The position numbers were made by a program, and so were the translations under genes. Below, piece after piece: positions 1 through 9,630 of a stretch of DNA of 64,000 nt. The notes below the pieces were generated by a model. It did no database searches. It had not been told where the DNA came from and worked only from the letters and a program-made list of their open reading frames with translations. Position 1 is the stretch's first letter; each line of letters opens with the position of its first letter. Source of the stretch: Hyphomicrobiales bacterium (lineage in GTDB: Bacteria > Pseudomonadota > Alphaproteobacteria > Rhizobiales > Beijerinckiaceae); the NCBI GenBank assembly GCA_044445965.1, contig JBIOEJ010000010.1, forward strand, positions 4,512-68,511. Reading direction: 5' to 3'.

Positions 1-59
1 GCCCGCAAGCTCGGGATCGCCCGGACAAGATCGTCCTCGAGCTTGTCACGCGAAGCCAT
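1..59 (-). CDS. ECF sigma factor (EcfG-like), 5' end only; gene continues past window start
   Basis: ATG at 59-57 overlaps the TGA of the upstream NepR-like ORF (ATGA). The 19 visible codons, MASRDKLEDDLVRAIPSLR, resemble EcfG-type N-termini. nepR-ecfG is the canonical operon order. Confidence 0.5.
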   Translation of the reverse strand, partial: MASRDKLEDDLVRAIPSLR

Positions 60-313
60 CAATCGTCGCCCCGGATCGCGCTCAGCTCGTCGAGAAGCTC
101 GTTGAACCTCGCGGGCGGCTTCTGGCAGAACGCGTCCGCATAGGCTTCCTGTAGCGCGCGTTCGATGAAACGGTCGATGGCCAGCCGTTCACGCCGGACC
201 TCGCTGGCCGGCGGCGTCATGGCGGCGACAGCGCCGGCGCGGCTGTCGGGCGCCGTGGCCATATCGCCTCCCGTGACACCTTCCTTGCCGTCGATCGGTG
301 CATCGGCATCCAT
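59..313 (-). CDS. nepR: NepR-family anti-sigma factor (84 aa)
   Basis: In-frame ATG at 313-311 inside track ORF 59..640. The C-terminus ERLAIDRFIERALQEAYADAFCQKPPARFNELLDEL matches my memory of the NepR core. An EcfG-type promoter lies 66 nt upstream and a sigma-factor gene is coupled downstream. Confidence 0.6.
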   Translation of the reverse strand: MDADAPIDGKEGVTGGDMATAPDSRAGAVAAMTPPASEVRRERLAIDRFIERALQEAYADAFCQKPPARFNELLDELSAIRGDD

Positions 314-378
314 CGCTGTCCTTCCTCGCCGCTCTCCGCCCACGCTCCGCGACCCGACAGGACCGGCCCTACCGGCCA

Positions 379-403
379 AACGTCCCGCGTTTTGGGCGGT
401 TCC
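379..403 (-). promoter_or_regulatory. EcfG-type (general stress response) promoter GGAAC-N16-CGTT
   Basis: The minus strand reads GGAAC (403-399), a 16-nt spacer, then CGTT (382-379). This is an exact match to the published EcfG -35/-10 consensus, positioned upstream of the nepR ATG at 313. Confidence 0.65.
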
Positions 404-694
404 TCGGCAACATGGAGGCACAAAGGAACGGAAACCCTCCGGACGTGCCGGAAGGCGACCGCCGCTGGAGGCGATCGAGAGAGACACCGGCTCTAGGCGA
501 CGACCACCTGGGCTTAATGTGCAACGCGCGATGCCGGGCGATGTTCCCGGTCTTGTCCGTGGGGACAGCAATTCCCCGACAATTCGATCGGCCTTACGGT
601 CGAGGAGGCAATCGATGCTCAAAAGAAAGCGCCCGCGCAAAGCGCGGGCGCTGACGGTCGCCGTCTCGGCGAGGTCAGATTTCCTTCGGCGAGG

Positions 695-2032
695 TCAGTT
701 TTCCTTCGTTTCGGGCTTCGGCGGCTCGCTCGCGGGCTCGGTCTTGGTGATCGCCTTGCCGCGCAATAGATCGAGCGCGGCGACGAGCTGCGTGTCCTTC
801 GTCGGATCGCTCGCGACATAGGCTTGCGAAGCCGAAAAATCCTCGCCCCCGGTGTTCACCAGATGGCCCCGCAGGCTCGCTTCGCCCTTGGCCTCGTCCT
901 TGCCCTTCAGGTCGTCGGGGATCGCCTCGAGCACCTTGATGTCGGGTTCGATGCCCTTTGCCTGGATGGAGCGGCCGGACGGAGTGTAGTAGCGCGCGGT
1001 GGTGAGGCGAATCGCCGCATCATTGCCGACCGGGATGATGGTCTGCACCGAGCCCTTGCCGAACGAACGCGTGCCCATGAGCGTTGCCCGCTTATGGTCT
1101 TGCAGAGCGCCTGCGACGATCTCCGAGGCGGAGGCCGAGCCGCCGTTGATCAGCATCACCAGGCGCTTGCCCTTGGTGATGTCGCTATGGCGCGCGTCCC
1201 AGCGTTTGGTGTCCTCCGGATTGCGGCCACGCGTCGAGACGATCTCACCCTTGTCGAGGAAGGTGTCGCAGACGCCGATCGCCTGATCGAGCAGGCCGCC
1301 CGGATCGTTGCGCAGATCGAGGATATAGCCCTTGAGCTTGTCGTCGCCGATATCCTTCTTCAGGCTCTCGATGGCATTGCGCAGATTCTCGGTCGTCTGC
1401 TCGTTGAACTGCGTGATCTGGATATAGCCGACATCGTCCTCTTGCCGGAATTTCACGCTCTTGACCGTGATGGTCTCGCGCGTGAGCTTCAACTCGAGCG
1501 GTTCCTTGCGGTCCTTGCGCAGGATGATGAGCTTGACCGAGGTCTTGACGGCGCCGCGCATCTTGTCGACCGCTTGATTGAGGGTGAGCCCCTGCACCGC
1601 TTCGCCGTCGATCTGCGTAATGACGTCGCCCGACAGTATGCCGGCGCGTGCAGCCGGGGTGTCGGCGATCGGCGAGATCACCTTGATCAGCCCATCTTCC
1701 ATGGTGACCTCGATGCCGAGGCCGCCGAACTCGCCCTTGGTGTTGACCTGCATGTCGCGGAAGCTCTTGGCGTCCATGTAGCTCGAATGCGGATCGAGCG
1801 AGGTCAGCATGCCGTTGATGGCAGCCTCGACCAGCTTTGCGTCGTCCGGCTTCTCGACATAGTCGGAGCGGATGCGCTCGAACACATCGCCGAAGAGATT
1901 GAGCTGACGATAGGTATCTCCCGCGGAGGCGGCCTGGGCCGGCTGGCTCGCCAGGAAACGCGTTTCGAGGCCGAGCGTCGCCGCGCCCGCACAAAATACC
2001 GCGCCCATGAGAAGAAGTGAGGATTTGCGCAT
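695..2032 (-). CDS. ctpA: carboxy-terminal processing peptidase (S41 family)
   Basis: 445-aa ORF with a signal peptide, a PDZ region and the S41 motif NGGSASASEIVAGALQD. Its start overlaps the stop of the upstream M23 gene (ATGA). Confidence 0.95.
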   Translation of the reverse strand: MRKSSLLLMGAVFCAGAATLGLETRFLASQPAQAASAGDTYRQLNLFGDVFERIRSDYVEKPDDAKLVEAAINGMLTSLDPHSSYMDAKSFRDMQVNTKGEFGGLGIEVTMEDGLIKVISPIADTPAARAGILSGDVITQIDGEAVQGLTLNQAVDKMRGAVKTSVKLIILRKDRKEPLELKLTRETITVKSVKFRQEDDVGYIQITQFNEQTTENLRNAIESLKKDIGDDKLKGYILDLRNDPGGLLDQAIGVCDTFLDKGEIVSTRGRNPEDTKRWDARHSDITKGKRLVMLINGGSASASEIVAGALQDHKRATLMGTRSFGKGSVQTIIPVGNDAAIRLTTARYYTPSGRSIQAKGIEPDIKVLEAIPDDLKGKDEAKGEASLRGHLVNTGGEDFSASQAYVASDPTKDTQLVAALDLLRGKAITKTEPASEPPKPETKEN

Positions 2033-3498
2033 CAGCCGCGAACCTTCCTTTGGTCAGTCTTGGCCCACCATGGGCCGGGGTTGATCGCCGATCCGTCCTT
2101 GCGGAACTCGACGTAAAGAACAGGCCCACCTGATGTGGTCTTCGCCACCTCGGTGGTCAACACATTGCCTTCGCCCATCGCGCCGACCGGCTCACCGGCG
2201 AGCACTGCCTGCCCCGCCGCGACATCGATATGCCCCAACCCGGCAAGCACGATATGATAGCCGTTACCGGCATTGATGATCAAGAGTTGTCCATAGCCCC
2301 GAAACGGGCCGGCATGGGCGACCACACCCTCGCTGGGCGAGGACACCACCGCGCCCGGACGAGTCGTGATCGACACGCCGCGCGCCGAGCCCATCACCTC
2401 GTCCGGGTCGCCGAAATCACGCGAGATCGACCCCGAGACGGGTAGCGGCAAGAGGCCGCGGGCCTCCGCGAAGGCGATCTTGGGGGCAAGACGGGTCGGT
2501 TCCCTCAGGCTCGCGGCCGTGAAACTGCTCTGCGCCGAGGCGGCAAGGGCCTCGGCGGCCTTACGGTCGTCGGCCGCGCGCTTCTCGGTCTGCGCGATCT
2601 CCGTATCGAGGCTCGCCAGAAAGTCGCGCAGGCTCTTGGCGCGCACGGCGAGCGCAGCGGCGCGCTTGCCGGCCTCTCCGAGGGCCGATTCGCCCGCTGC
2701 CACGCTCGCCTGGCGCGTCTCCACGAGCGCGGCGAGGCGCGCACGCTCGCCGCGCAGCTCGGCGAGATCGGTCTTCAGCCCGTCCCGCTCCGCGGTAACC
2801 TGGTCCCGCAAGCGCACGAGATCGGCGAGATCGGCGGCCAGCGCGCGCGCTTCTCCGCGCAGTTGCGGCAGAACGGCGCCGAGAGCGATCGAAGCGCGCA
2901 CCACGACGAGGATATCCCGGGCGCTGACGATCACGGCCGGCGGCGGCTTGCCGCCGATGCGTTGCAACGCCGCGAGCACATGGCCGATCAGCTCGCGCCG
3001 CCCTTCGAGCGAGGTCTTGAGCGCCTGTTCCTGCGCGACTTCCTCGGCGAGGCGATCCTCGGTGTCGCTGGCGCGCGCCTCGAGCGCCCGCACCCTGTCG
3101 GCCGCCGCGACGAGGTCGCGCTGCAGCTTCTCGCGCTCGGCCTTCAGCGCGGCGATCTCGTCCTCGATCTGCTTACGCTCGGTATCCGATTGCTGCATCG
3201 ATTGCTCGATGGCCTGCAATTCGCGCAAGCGGTCCTCGCGCTGCTTTATCCTGGGGTCTGCCGAGGGCCCGGCTTGGGCAGGCCCGGCTTGGGCAGGCCC
3301 GGCTTGGGCAGGCGCGGCCTGGGCAGGCTCGCCCGGTGCTGCCTGCACGGCAGGGCCCGCCGCCCCAACGCCCGAATCGCCGGCTGCGAGCACGGCGGAG
3401 CCGCCGATCCATGTGGCAAGCGCGCCCGCGGCCACAAGCACGGCGGCGAGTGCCGCTTCGCGAGAGCCATCACATTTGCGTGTATCCGCGCCTGCCAT
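2032..3498 (-). CDS. murein hydrolase activator EnvC-like / M23 (LytM) peptidase family protein
   Basis: 488 aa with an N-terminal hydrophobic anchor, a long coiled coil (REDRLRELQAIEQS...) and a C-terminal LytM-type domain (GYGQLLIINAGNGYHIVLAGL). It is the conserved neighbour of ctpA. Confidence 0.85.
   Translation of the reverse strand: MAGADTRKCDGSREAALAAVLVAAGALATWIGGSAVLAAGDSGVGAAGPAVQAAPGEPAQAAPAQAGPAQAGPAQAGPSADPRIKQREDRLRELQAIEQSMQQSDTERKQIEDEIAALKAEREKLQRDLVAAADRVRALEARASDTEDRLAEEVAQEQALKTSLEGRRELIGHVLAALQRIGGKPPPAVIVSARDILVVVRASIALGAVLPQLRGEARALAADLADLVRLRDQVTAERDGLKTDLAELRGERARLAALVETRQASVAAGESALGEAGKRAAALAVRAKSLRDFLASLDTEIAQTEKRAADDRKAAEALAASAQSSFTAASLREPTRLAPKIAFAEARGLLPLPVSGSISRDFGDPDEVMGSARGVSITTRPGAVVSSPSEGVVAHAGPFRGYGQLLIINAGNGYHIVLAGLGHIDVAAGQAVLAGEPVGAMGEGNVLTTEVAKTTSGGPVLYVEFRKDGSAINPGPWWAKTDQRKVRG
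3266..3325. repeat. 15-nt tandem repeat x4 (GGCCCGGCTTGGGCA; last unit degenerate) inside the envC-like CDS
   Basis: Units at 3266-3280, 3281-3295, 3296-3310 and 3311-3325. They encode the (PAQAG)n linker AQAAPAQAGPAQAGPAQAGP. Confidence 0.9.
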
Positions 3499-3523
3499 GG
3501 CGTTCCTTCGCGGGCGATCATCC

Positions 3524-4003
3524 TTAGAGCCGATGATAGGGGTGACCCAACCGAATCGTCAGCGCCCGATATATCTGCTCCAGAAGGACTATTCTGACGA
3601 GCTGATGCGGCAAAGTCATGGCTCCGAACGAAATTTCGCCGTTTGCTGCCTCTCGCGCCTCGGCGGCGAGACCATCGGCGCCGCCGATGAGGAAGGCGAG
3701 CGCCTTGGCGCCCTCATGGCGATGCCGCAACAGGAGCTCTGCGAATTCGGCGCTGGTGGGAGCCGCGCCGCGTTCGTCGAGCGCGACGCGGACCGCGCCT
3801 TCGCTCTTGGCGGCAAGTCCGTCCCATTCCTCGCGACGCCGCGTCTTCTCGTCGCGCGCACGGCCTTCCGCAATCTCGACGACGGACGGTCCCGAAAGCC
3901 CGAGCCTGGGGGCGAGATCGGAGCCCCGCTTCGCATAACGCTCGGCCAAGTCGCGCTCCGGACCGGCCTTGAGCCGACCCACGGCGCAGATGACGAGCCT
4001 CAT
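3524..4003 (-). CDS. rlmH: 23S rRNA (pseudouridine1915-N3)-methyltransferase
   Basis: 159 aa. MRLVICAVGRLK... with C-terminal GHPYHR, a typical SPOUT RlmH. It is the conserved neighbour of rsfS. Confidence 0.95.
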   Translation of the reverse strand: MRLVICAVGRLKAGPERDLAERYAKRGSDLAPRLGLSGPSVVEIAEGRARDEKTRRREEWDGLAAKSEGAVRVALDERGAAPTSAEFAELLLRHRHEGAKALAFLIGGADGLAAEAREAANGEISFGAMTLPHQLVRIVLLEQIYRALTIRLGHPYHRL

Positions 4004-4024
4004 CGCTGCGGCCGAAGCCTCCCG

Positions 4025-4501
4025 TCAGGCGTGGGCGCGTTCCGCGGATTCGGACGGGCGAGCTTCGGAAGGGCGATCTTGGCCCCACATCTTCTCGAGA
4101 TTGTAGAAGGCGCGAATCTCGGGCCGGAAGACATGAACGACCAGGTCGCCCGCGTCGATCAGCACCCAATCGCAGAGCGGCAATCCCTCGACGCCCGCGA
4201 CCCTGTGTCCCGCCTCCTTGAAGGCGCGCACCAGGGCGTCGGCGATGGCGCCCACATGCCGCTGCGAACGGCCGGAGGCTATGATCATCGCGTCTGCGAT
4301 CGTGGTCTTGCCGGTAAGGTCGATATCGACGACCGCTTCGGCTTTCATGTCGTCCAGCACACTGAGGGCGACGGGGAGGAGATCTGCGGCCGGCGTCAAC
4401 GCCTCGGCGGCGATCTCGGTAAGCGGCAGAGCCGCTTCGCTTCTCGCTTGATGGAACAGCGCCAGATTCCTTTCTCTTTGGCGGACCCAAATCAACGACA
4501 C
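4025..4501 (-). CDS. rsfS: ribosome silencing factor RsfS (iojap-like)
   Basis: Core ADAMIIASGRSQRHVGAIADALV...WVLIDAGDLVVHVFRPEIRAFYNLEKMW. The N-terminal extent is uncertain. Confidence 0.85.
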   Translation of the reverse strand: MSLIWVRQRERNLALFHQARSEAALPLTEIAAEALTPAADLLPVALSVLDDMKAEAVVDIDLTGKTTIADAMIIASGRSQRHVGAIADALVRAFKEAGHRVAGVEGLPLCDWVLIDAGDLVVHVFRPEIRAFYNLEKMWGQDRPSEARPSESAERAHA

Positions 4502-4564
4502 CGCTTAGTGTGGCCCCTTAATCCTTTCTTTTCAATTGCCGTTCTGCGACGATCTCATGAAGAT

Positions 4565-5164
4565 TTAGGCCAAAACACCTGCCCGCAAGGCAGTCGAGGA
4601 TAGTTTCGACCTGCGGCCGTACAGGAAAACCCAGGCAGGCGGGGTTCGTTCCGCGAGCCTCGCAGCCGCTGATTCGGGGATGCGGAAGCGCCCGAGCGCC
4701 AGCGCCGCGGTCGAGCGCAAGGCCGCATGCGTCGCGCCCGGCCGATCGATGACGGCGATCGGCACGAGGTCGGCAATGTCGCGCCAGCGATGCCAGCGAT
4801 GGAAGCTCGCGAGGTTGTCGGCCCCCATGATCCAGACGAAGCGCAGGCAAGGCAAGCGCGAGGTCAGCGCCCTGACCGTATCGACCGTCAGATCGGAGCC
4901 GAACGCTGCTTCGAAACCGGTCACGTCGATGCGCGGATGAGAGACCATGCCGCGCGTCGCCGCGAGGCGTGCCTCGAGCGAGGCGAGGCCCTCACGATTC
5001 TTCAAGGGGTTTCCGGGCGTCACCACGAACCAGAGGCGGTCGAGCGCAAGCCGCCTCAGCGCCATCAGCGCCACATGACGGTGCCCCTCATGGGGAGGGT
5101 TGAAGCTGCCGCCGTAAAGGCCGATGCGCTGGCCGGGGCTGTGAGGGGGGAAGCTCGGGATCAT
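4565..5164 (-). CDS. nadD: nicotinate-nucleotide adenylyltransferase
   Basis: 199 aa with the motif IGLYGGSFNPPHEGH. Sits in the conserved proA-nadD-rsfS-rlmH order. Confidence 0.95.
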   Translation of the reverse strand: MIPSFPPHSPGQRIGLYGGSFNPPHEGHRHVALMALRRLALDRLWFVVTPGNPLKNREGLASLEARLAATRGMVSHPRIDVTGFEAAFGSDLTVDTVRALTSRLPCLRFVWIMGADNLASFHRWHRWRDIADLVPIAVIDRPGATHAALRSTAALALGRFRIPESAAARLAERTPPAWVFLYGRRSKLSSTALRAGVLA

Positions 5165-5192
5165 CTCGGGCCGGACGCGTGCTCACGTCCTA

Positions 5193-5243
5193 GATCACGT
5201 TCATGCGTTTGGATCGAATCGATCCAAACGCATGAACGTGATC
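5193..5243. repeat. perfect 51-bp palindrome (25-bp arms, 1-nt centre)
   Basis: GATCACGTTCATGCGTTTGGATCGA-A-TCGATCCAAACGCATGAACGTGATC. It lies in the proA-nadD spacer. Confidence 0.95.
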
Positions 5244-5257
5244 GATTCCCAAGAGTG

Positions 5258-5307
5258 AGAGCATGATGTCGTCCGAAAACCGCTCACACTTTTCGGCATC
5301 ATGCTCT
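5258..5307. repeat. composite hairpin (AGAGCATGATG...CATCATGCTCT with inner CCGAAAA/TTTTCGG) overlapping the proA stop
   Basis: 11-bp outer stem 5258-5268/5297-5307 and 7-bp inner stem 5273-5279/5290-5296. The AGAGCAT core recurs at 13051 and 47887. Confidence 0.85.
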
Positions 5308-6621
5308 GGTCTGCCCCGCTCCATGCACGCGGTATTTGAACGAGGTGAGCTGCTCGACGCCGACCGGCCCGCGCGCATGCATGCGGCCCGTGGCGATGCC
5401 GATCTCGGCGCCGAAGCCGAACTCGCCGCCATCGGCGAATTGGGTCGAGGCGTTGTGGAGCACGATCGCCGAATCGACTTCGGCGAGGAAGCGCTCGGCG
5501 GCGGCCCGGTCTTGCGTGACGATGGCGTCGGTGTGGTGCGAGCCATGGCGCTCGATATGGTCGATCGCCGCGTCGAGCCCGTCAACGACGCGGCAGGCGA
5601 TGATGGCGTCGAGATATTCGGTCGACCAATCCTCTTGCGTCGCCGCGGTGACGCGCGGATCGGCGGCGAGGGTCGCGGCGTCGCCGCGCACGGCGCAGCC
5701 GGCATCGAGGAGCGCGGTCACCAGCGGCTTCAGATGCGTTGCCGCGACGGCGCCATCGACGAGCAATGTTTCCGCCGCCCCGCAAACGCTGGTGCGGCGC
5801 AGCTTGGCGTTGACGGCGATGCGTTTGGCCATATCGAGATCGGCGCCGGCATGCACATAGACGTGGCACACGCCTTCGAGATGGGCGAAGACGGGGATGC
5901 GGGCTTCCTTCTGCACGCGCGCGACGAGGCTCTTGCCGCCGCGCGGGACGATCACGTCGATCGCCCCGTCGAGCCCGGAGAGCATGGCGCCGACCGCTTC
6001 GCGATCGCGCGTCGGCACGAAGGAGATCGCCTGGCGCGGCAACCCCGCCTTCTCCAGGCCTTGCGCCAGGGCCGCGTGGATCGCCTCGGCGGAAAGAAAG
6101 CTCGCCGATCCGGTGCGCAGGATCGAGGCGTTGCCGGCCTTGAGGCAGAGCGCGCTCGCATCCGCCATGACGTTGGGCCGGCTTTCGAAAATCACCCCGA
6201 CGACGCCGAGCGGCGTCGCCACGCGCTCGATGAGAAGTCCGTTCGGCCGCTCGAAGCGCGCCGTGACGCGCCCGACCGGATCGGGGAGCGCAGCGATATC
6301 GTCGATGGCTTGCGCGATCGCCCGCAGGCGCGTGGGGTCGAGACGCAGGCGGTCGAGGAAGGCCCGTGTTGCGCCTTCGCGCTCAGCTCGAGCCATGTCG
6401 AGCGCGTTGGCGGCGAGGATCGCGGGGGCCGCGTCACGGATCGCGACCGCCATGGCGGCGAGCGCCTCGTTCTTTTGCTCGGCCGTCGCGAGCGCCACCT
6501 GCCGCGCCGCGCCGCGCGCCCCGCGGCCGAGCGCCGCAAGATCGCAGGGTGCGTCGCCCTCGCCCTTTCGCGAGGCCGGCTTGTCGGCGATTCGCCGAAG
6601 GTTCGCGGACATCTCGGTCAA
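5299..6621 (-). CDS. proA: glutamate-5-semialdehyde dehydrogenase (gamma-glutamyl phosphate reductase)
   Basis: 440-aa full-length aldehyde-dehydrogenase fold of ProA type ([18 protein letters not shown]-like [11 protein letters not shown]). Confidence 0.95.
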   Translation of the reverse strand: MTEMSANLRRIADKPASRKGEGDAPCDLAALGRGARGAARQVALATAEQKNEALAAMAVAIRDAAPAILAANALDMARAEREGATRAFLDRLRLDPTRLRAIAQAIDDIAALPDPVGRVTARFERPNGLLIERVATPLGVVGVIFESRPNVMADASALCLKAGNASILRTGSASFLSAEAIHAALAQGLEKAGLPRQAISFVPTRDREAVGAMLSGLDGAIDVIVPRGGKSLVARVQKEARIPVFAHLEGVCHVYVHAGADLDMAKRIAVNAKLRRTSVCGAAETLLVDGAVAATHLKPLVTALLDAGCAVRGDAATLAADPRVTAATQEDWSTEYLDAIIACRVVDGLDAAIDHIERHGSHHTDAIVTQDRAAAERFLAEVDSAIVLHNASTQFADGGEFGFGAEIGIATGRMHARGPVGVEQLTSFKYRVHGAGQTRA

Positions 6622-6636
6622 CCCCTCATGGCCCGC

Positions 6637-7770
6637 TCAGGCGACCGCCCGTTCGAGACCGCCGGCCCGCGCCACCTTGCGCAAATGATGATCGACATCA
6701 CCGAACATCATCTCGATCGCCGTCATCCGCTTGAAATAGGCACCGAGCCGATATTCCATGGTCATGCCGATGCCGCCATGCAATTGCACCGCCTGCTCGC
6801 CGATGAAGCGGCCATTCTTGCCGATCGTCACCTTGGCGGCCGAAATGGCGGCGGAGCGTTGCGCCGGATCGCTTTCGCCCACCATCATCGTCGCATAGAC
6901 GGCCATGCTGCGCGCCTGTTCGAGCGCGATGAACATGTCGGCCGCGCGATGCTGCAGCGCCTGGAACGAGCCGATCGGCCGGCCGAACTGCTTGCGCGTC
7001 TTGAGATAGGCAAGCGTCATGTCGCACATGGCGCTCATGACGCCGACCGCCTCGGCGCTCAGAGCGGCGATCGCTTCGTCGGCGACCCGCTCGATGAGCG
7101 GGGCGGCGCCGCCAGCCGCGCCGATCAGGGCCGAGGCCGGAACGGAAACGTCGTCGAGCCTGATCTCGGCGCCGGGCGTGCCGTCGGCGAGCGCATAGGC
7201 GCGGTGCGTCAGGCCCTCGGCCTTGCCGTCGACGAGGAACAGCGACACGCCCTCGCGATCATGGCGGCCGCCGGCGCTGCGGGCGCTGACGAACAAAAGC
7301 TCGGCAGCGTCACCATGAGGTACGACGCTCTTCACGCCGTCGAGCACGTAGCGCTCGCCGGCCTGCCGCGCCGAGAGCGTCACGTCGGCGAGGTCGTGGC
7401 GCGCCTCTCGCTCCACATGCGCGAAGGCCGCGAGCAGATTGCCGGAGGCGATCCGCGAAGCCAAATCCTTGCGTCGAGCCTCGGCGCAGCCATGCCGGGC
7501 AAAGCCGCCGCAAATGACCACCGTGGACAAATAAGGCTCATGGACGAGACCCTTGCCGAAGGCCTCCATGACGATCATCGTCTCGACCGGCCCCCAACCG
7601 AGCCCGCCATCCTCCTCCGCGAAAGGAAGCGCCAAGAGGCCGAGCTCCGCGAACTGCTTCCAGCGCTCGCGGCTCCATCCCGAGGCGACGGGCGCGGTAT
7701 CCGACGCAGCCGCGAGCCGCTCGACATTGTCGCGCAACAGCCGCTGCTCGTCGGAGAGATCGAAATCCAT
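6637..7770 (-). CDS. acyl-CoA dehydrogenase family protein
   Basis: Start re-set to the ATG at 7770 (MDFDLSDEQRLLRDNV...). The C-terminus GGIGMTMEYRLGAYFKR is typical of ACADs. Confidence 0.85.
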   Translation of the reverse strand: MDFDLSDEQRLLRDNVERLAAASDTAPVASGWSRERWKQFAELGLLALPFAEEDGGLGWGPVETMIVMEAFGKGLVHEPYLSTVVICGGFARHGCAEARRKDLASRIASGNLLAAFAHVEREARHDLADVTLSARQAGERYVLDGVKSVVPHGDAAELLFVSARSAGGRHDREGVSLFLVDGKAEGLTHRAYALADGTPGAEIRLDDVSVPASALIGAAGGAAPLIERVADEAIAALSAEAVGVMSAMCDMTLAYLKTRKQFGRPIGSFQALQHRAADMFIALEQARSMAVYATMMVGESDPAQRSAAISAAKVTIGKNGRFIGEQAVQLHGGIGMTMEYRLGAYFKRMTAIEMMFGDVDHHLRKVARAGGLERAVA

Positions 7771-7872
7771 GACGCTAGTACCAGCTTTCACATGACAAGG
7801 AGTCGCGCCCGGCACTATCCCTTCTCCTCCTCCGCTGCGCGCGGTCGTGTGCACACATCTGCGCTGGGCGCT

Positions 7873-8159
7873 CCACCCTCTCCCCTCTGCGGGAGAGGGT
7901 GGCCTTCCCCCCGGCTTCCCAATTCTGGAACCTACGGCCCAGGAATGGGAAGCCGGGGGTAGCGAAGGCCGGGAGAGGGGGAAGACTTTCCTCGGCCGGA
8001 GCGCGCGTTGGCTTACCTTCGCCCATCATTCGCTCCGTGTTCCTTGACGTTTTCAGATGGCCCCCTCTCCCGGCTCTTGCTGCGCAAGAGCCACCCTCTC
8101 CCGCGGAGGGGAGAGGGTAAGCGCGCCAGCGCTTTTCTCCTCCTTGGAACCGAGGAGGA
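7873..8159. repeat. mosaic of GC-rich stem-loops in the 470-nt spacer between the two ACAD genes
   Basis: Hairpins: 7873-7902 (CCACCCTCTCCC-N6-GGGAGAGGGTGG), 7901-7970 (7+13 bp stem), 8072-8092 (9 bp), 8093-8118 (ACCCTCTCCC-N6-GGGAGAGGGT) and 8136-8159. Confidence 0.85.
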
Positions 8160-8238
8160 TGTGTGAATCGGATAGCGCCCAGCAGGGAAGGGATCGGCGG
8201 CTCGTGACCCACGTAATGGCTTTCCATGATTGCCGGTA

Positions 8239-9444
<1,206 letters not shown>

Positions 9445-9595
9445 CGCATCCTCCCCGCATTCGGCCGCCGCCGGCTCGGTCGCGCACCGGCTTCAGGCGC
9501 TTATCGGACATAAACCGATCTGTTCGGGGATGGCAAACTTGCGAGCGATTCACACTTCGTTTCCGGTCGTGGAGACGAGGAGCCGCAGTCGCAGC

Positions 9596-9622
9596 CGCCT
9601 CTTCCCTTTTGCGGGAGAGGCG
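9596..9622 (-). terminator. terminator-like GC hairpin downstream of prmA (no U-tract)
   Basis: CGCCTCTTCCC-TTTTGC-GGGAGAGGCG. Same CCTCTCCC/GGGAGAGG family as 7873 and 8093. It begins 9 nt after the prmA stop. Confidence 0.3.
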
Positions 9623-9630
9623 AAGGCGCG

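Noticed and set aside
2366-4603. Very long ORFs antisense to or overlapping well-supported genes: 2366..4603 (745 aa), 5263..7962 (899 aa), 27188..29236 (682 aa), 59414..61525 (703 aa), 46182..47657 (491 aa) and others
   Set aside because: Their translations are Arg/Ala/Gly/Pro-rich low-complexity sequence with no motifs. Each lies opposite a gene with clear family signatures. These are the typical stop-codon-poor shadow frames of high-GC DNA.
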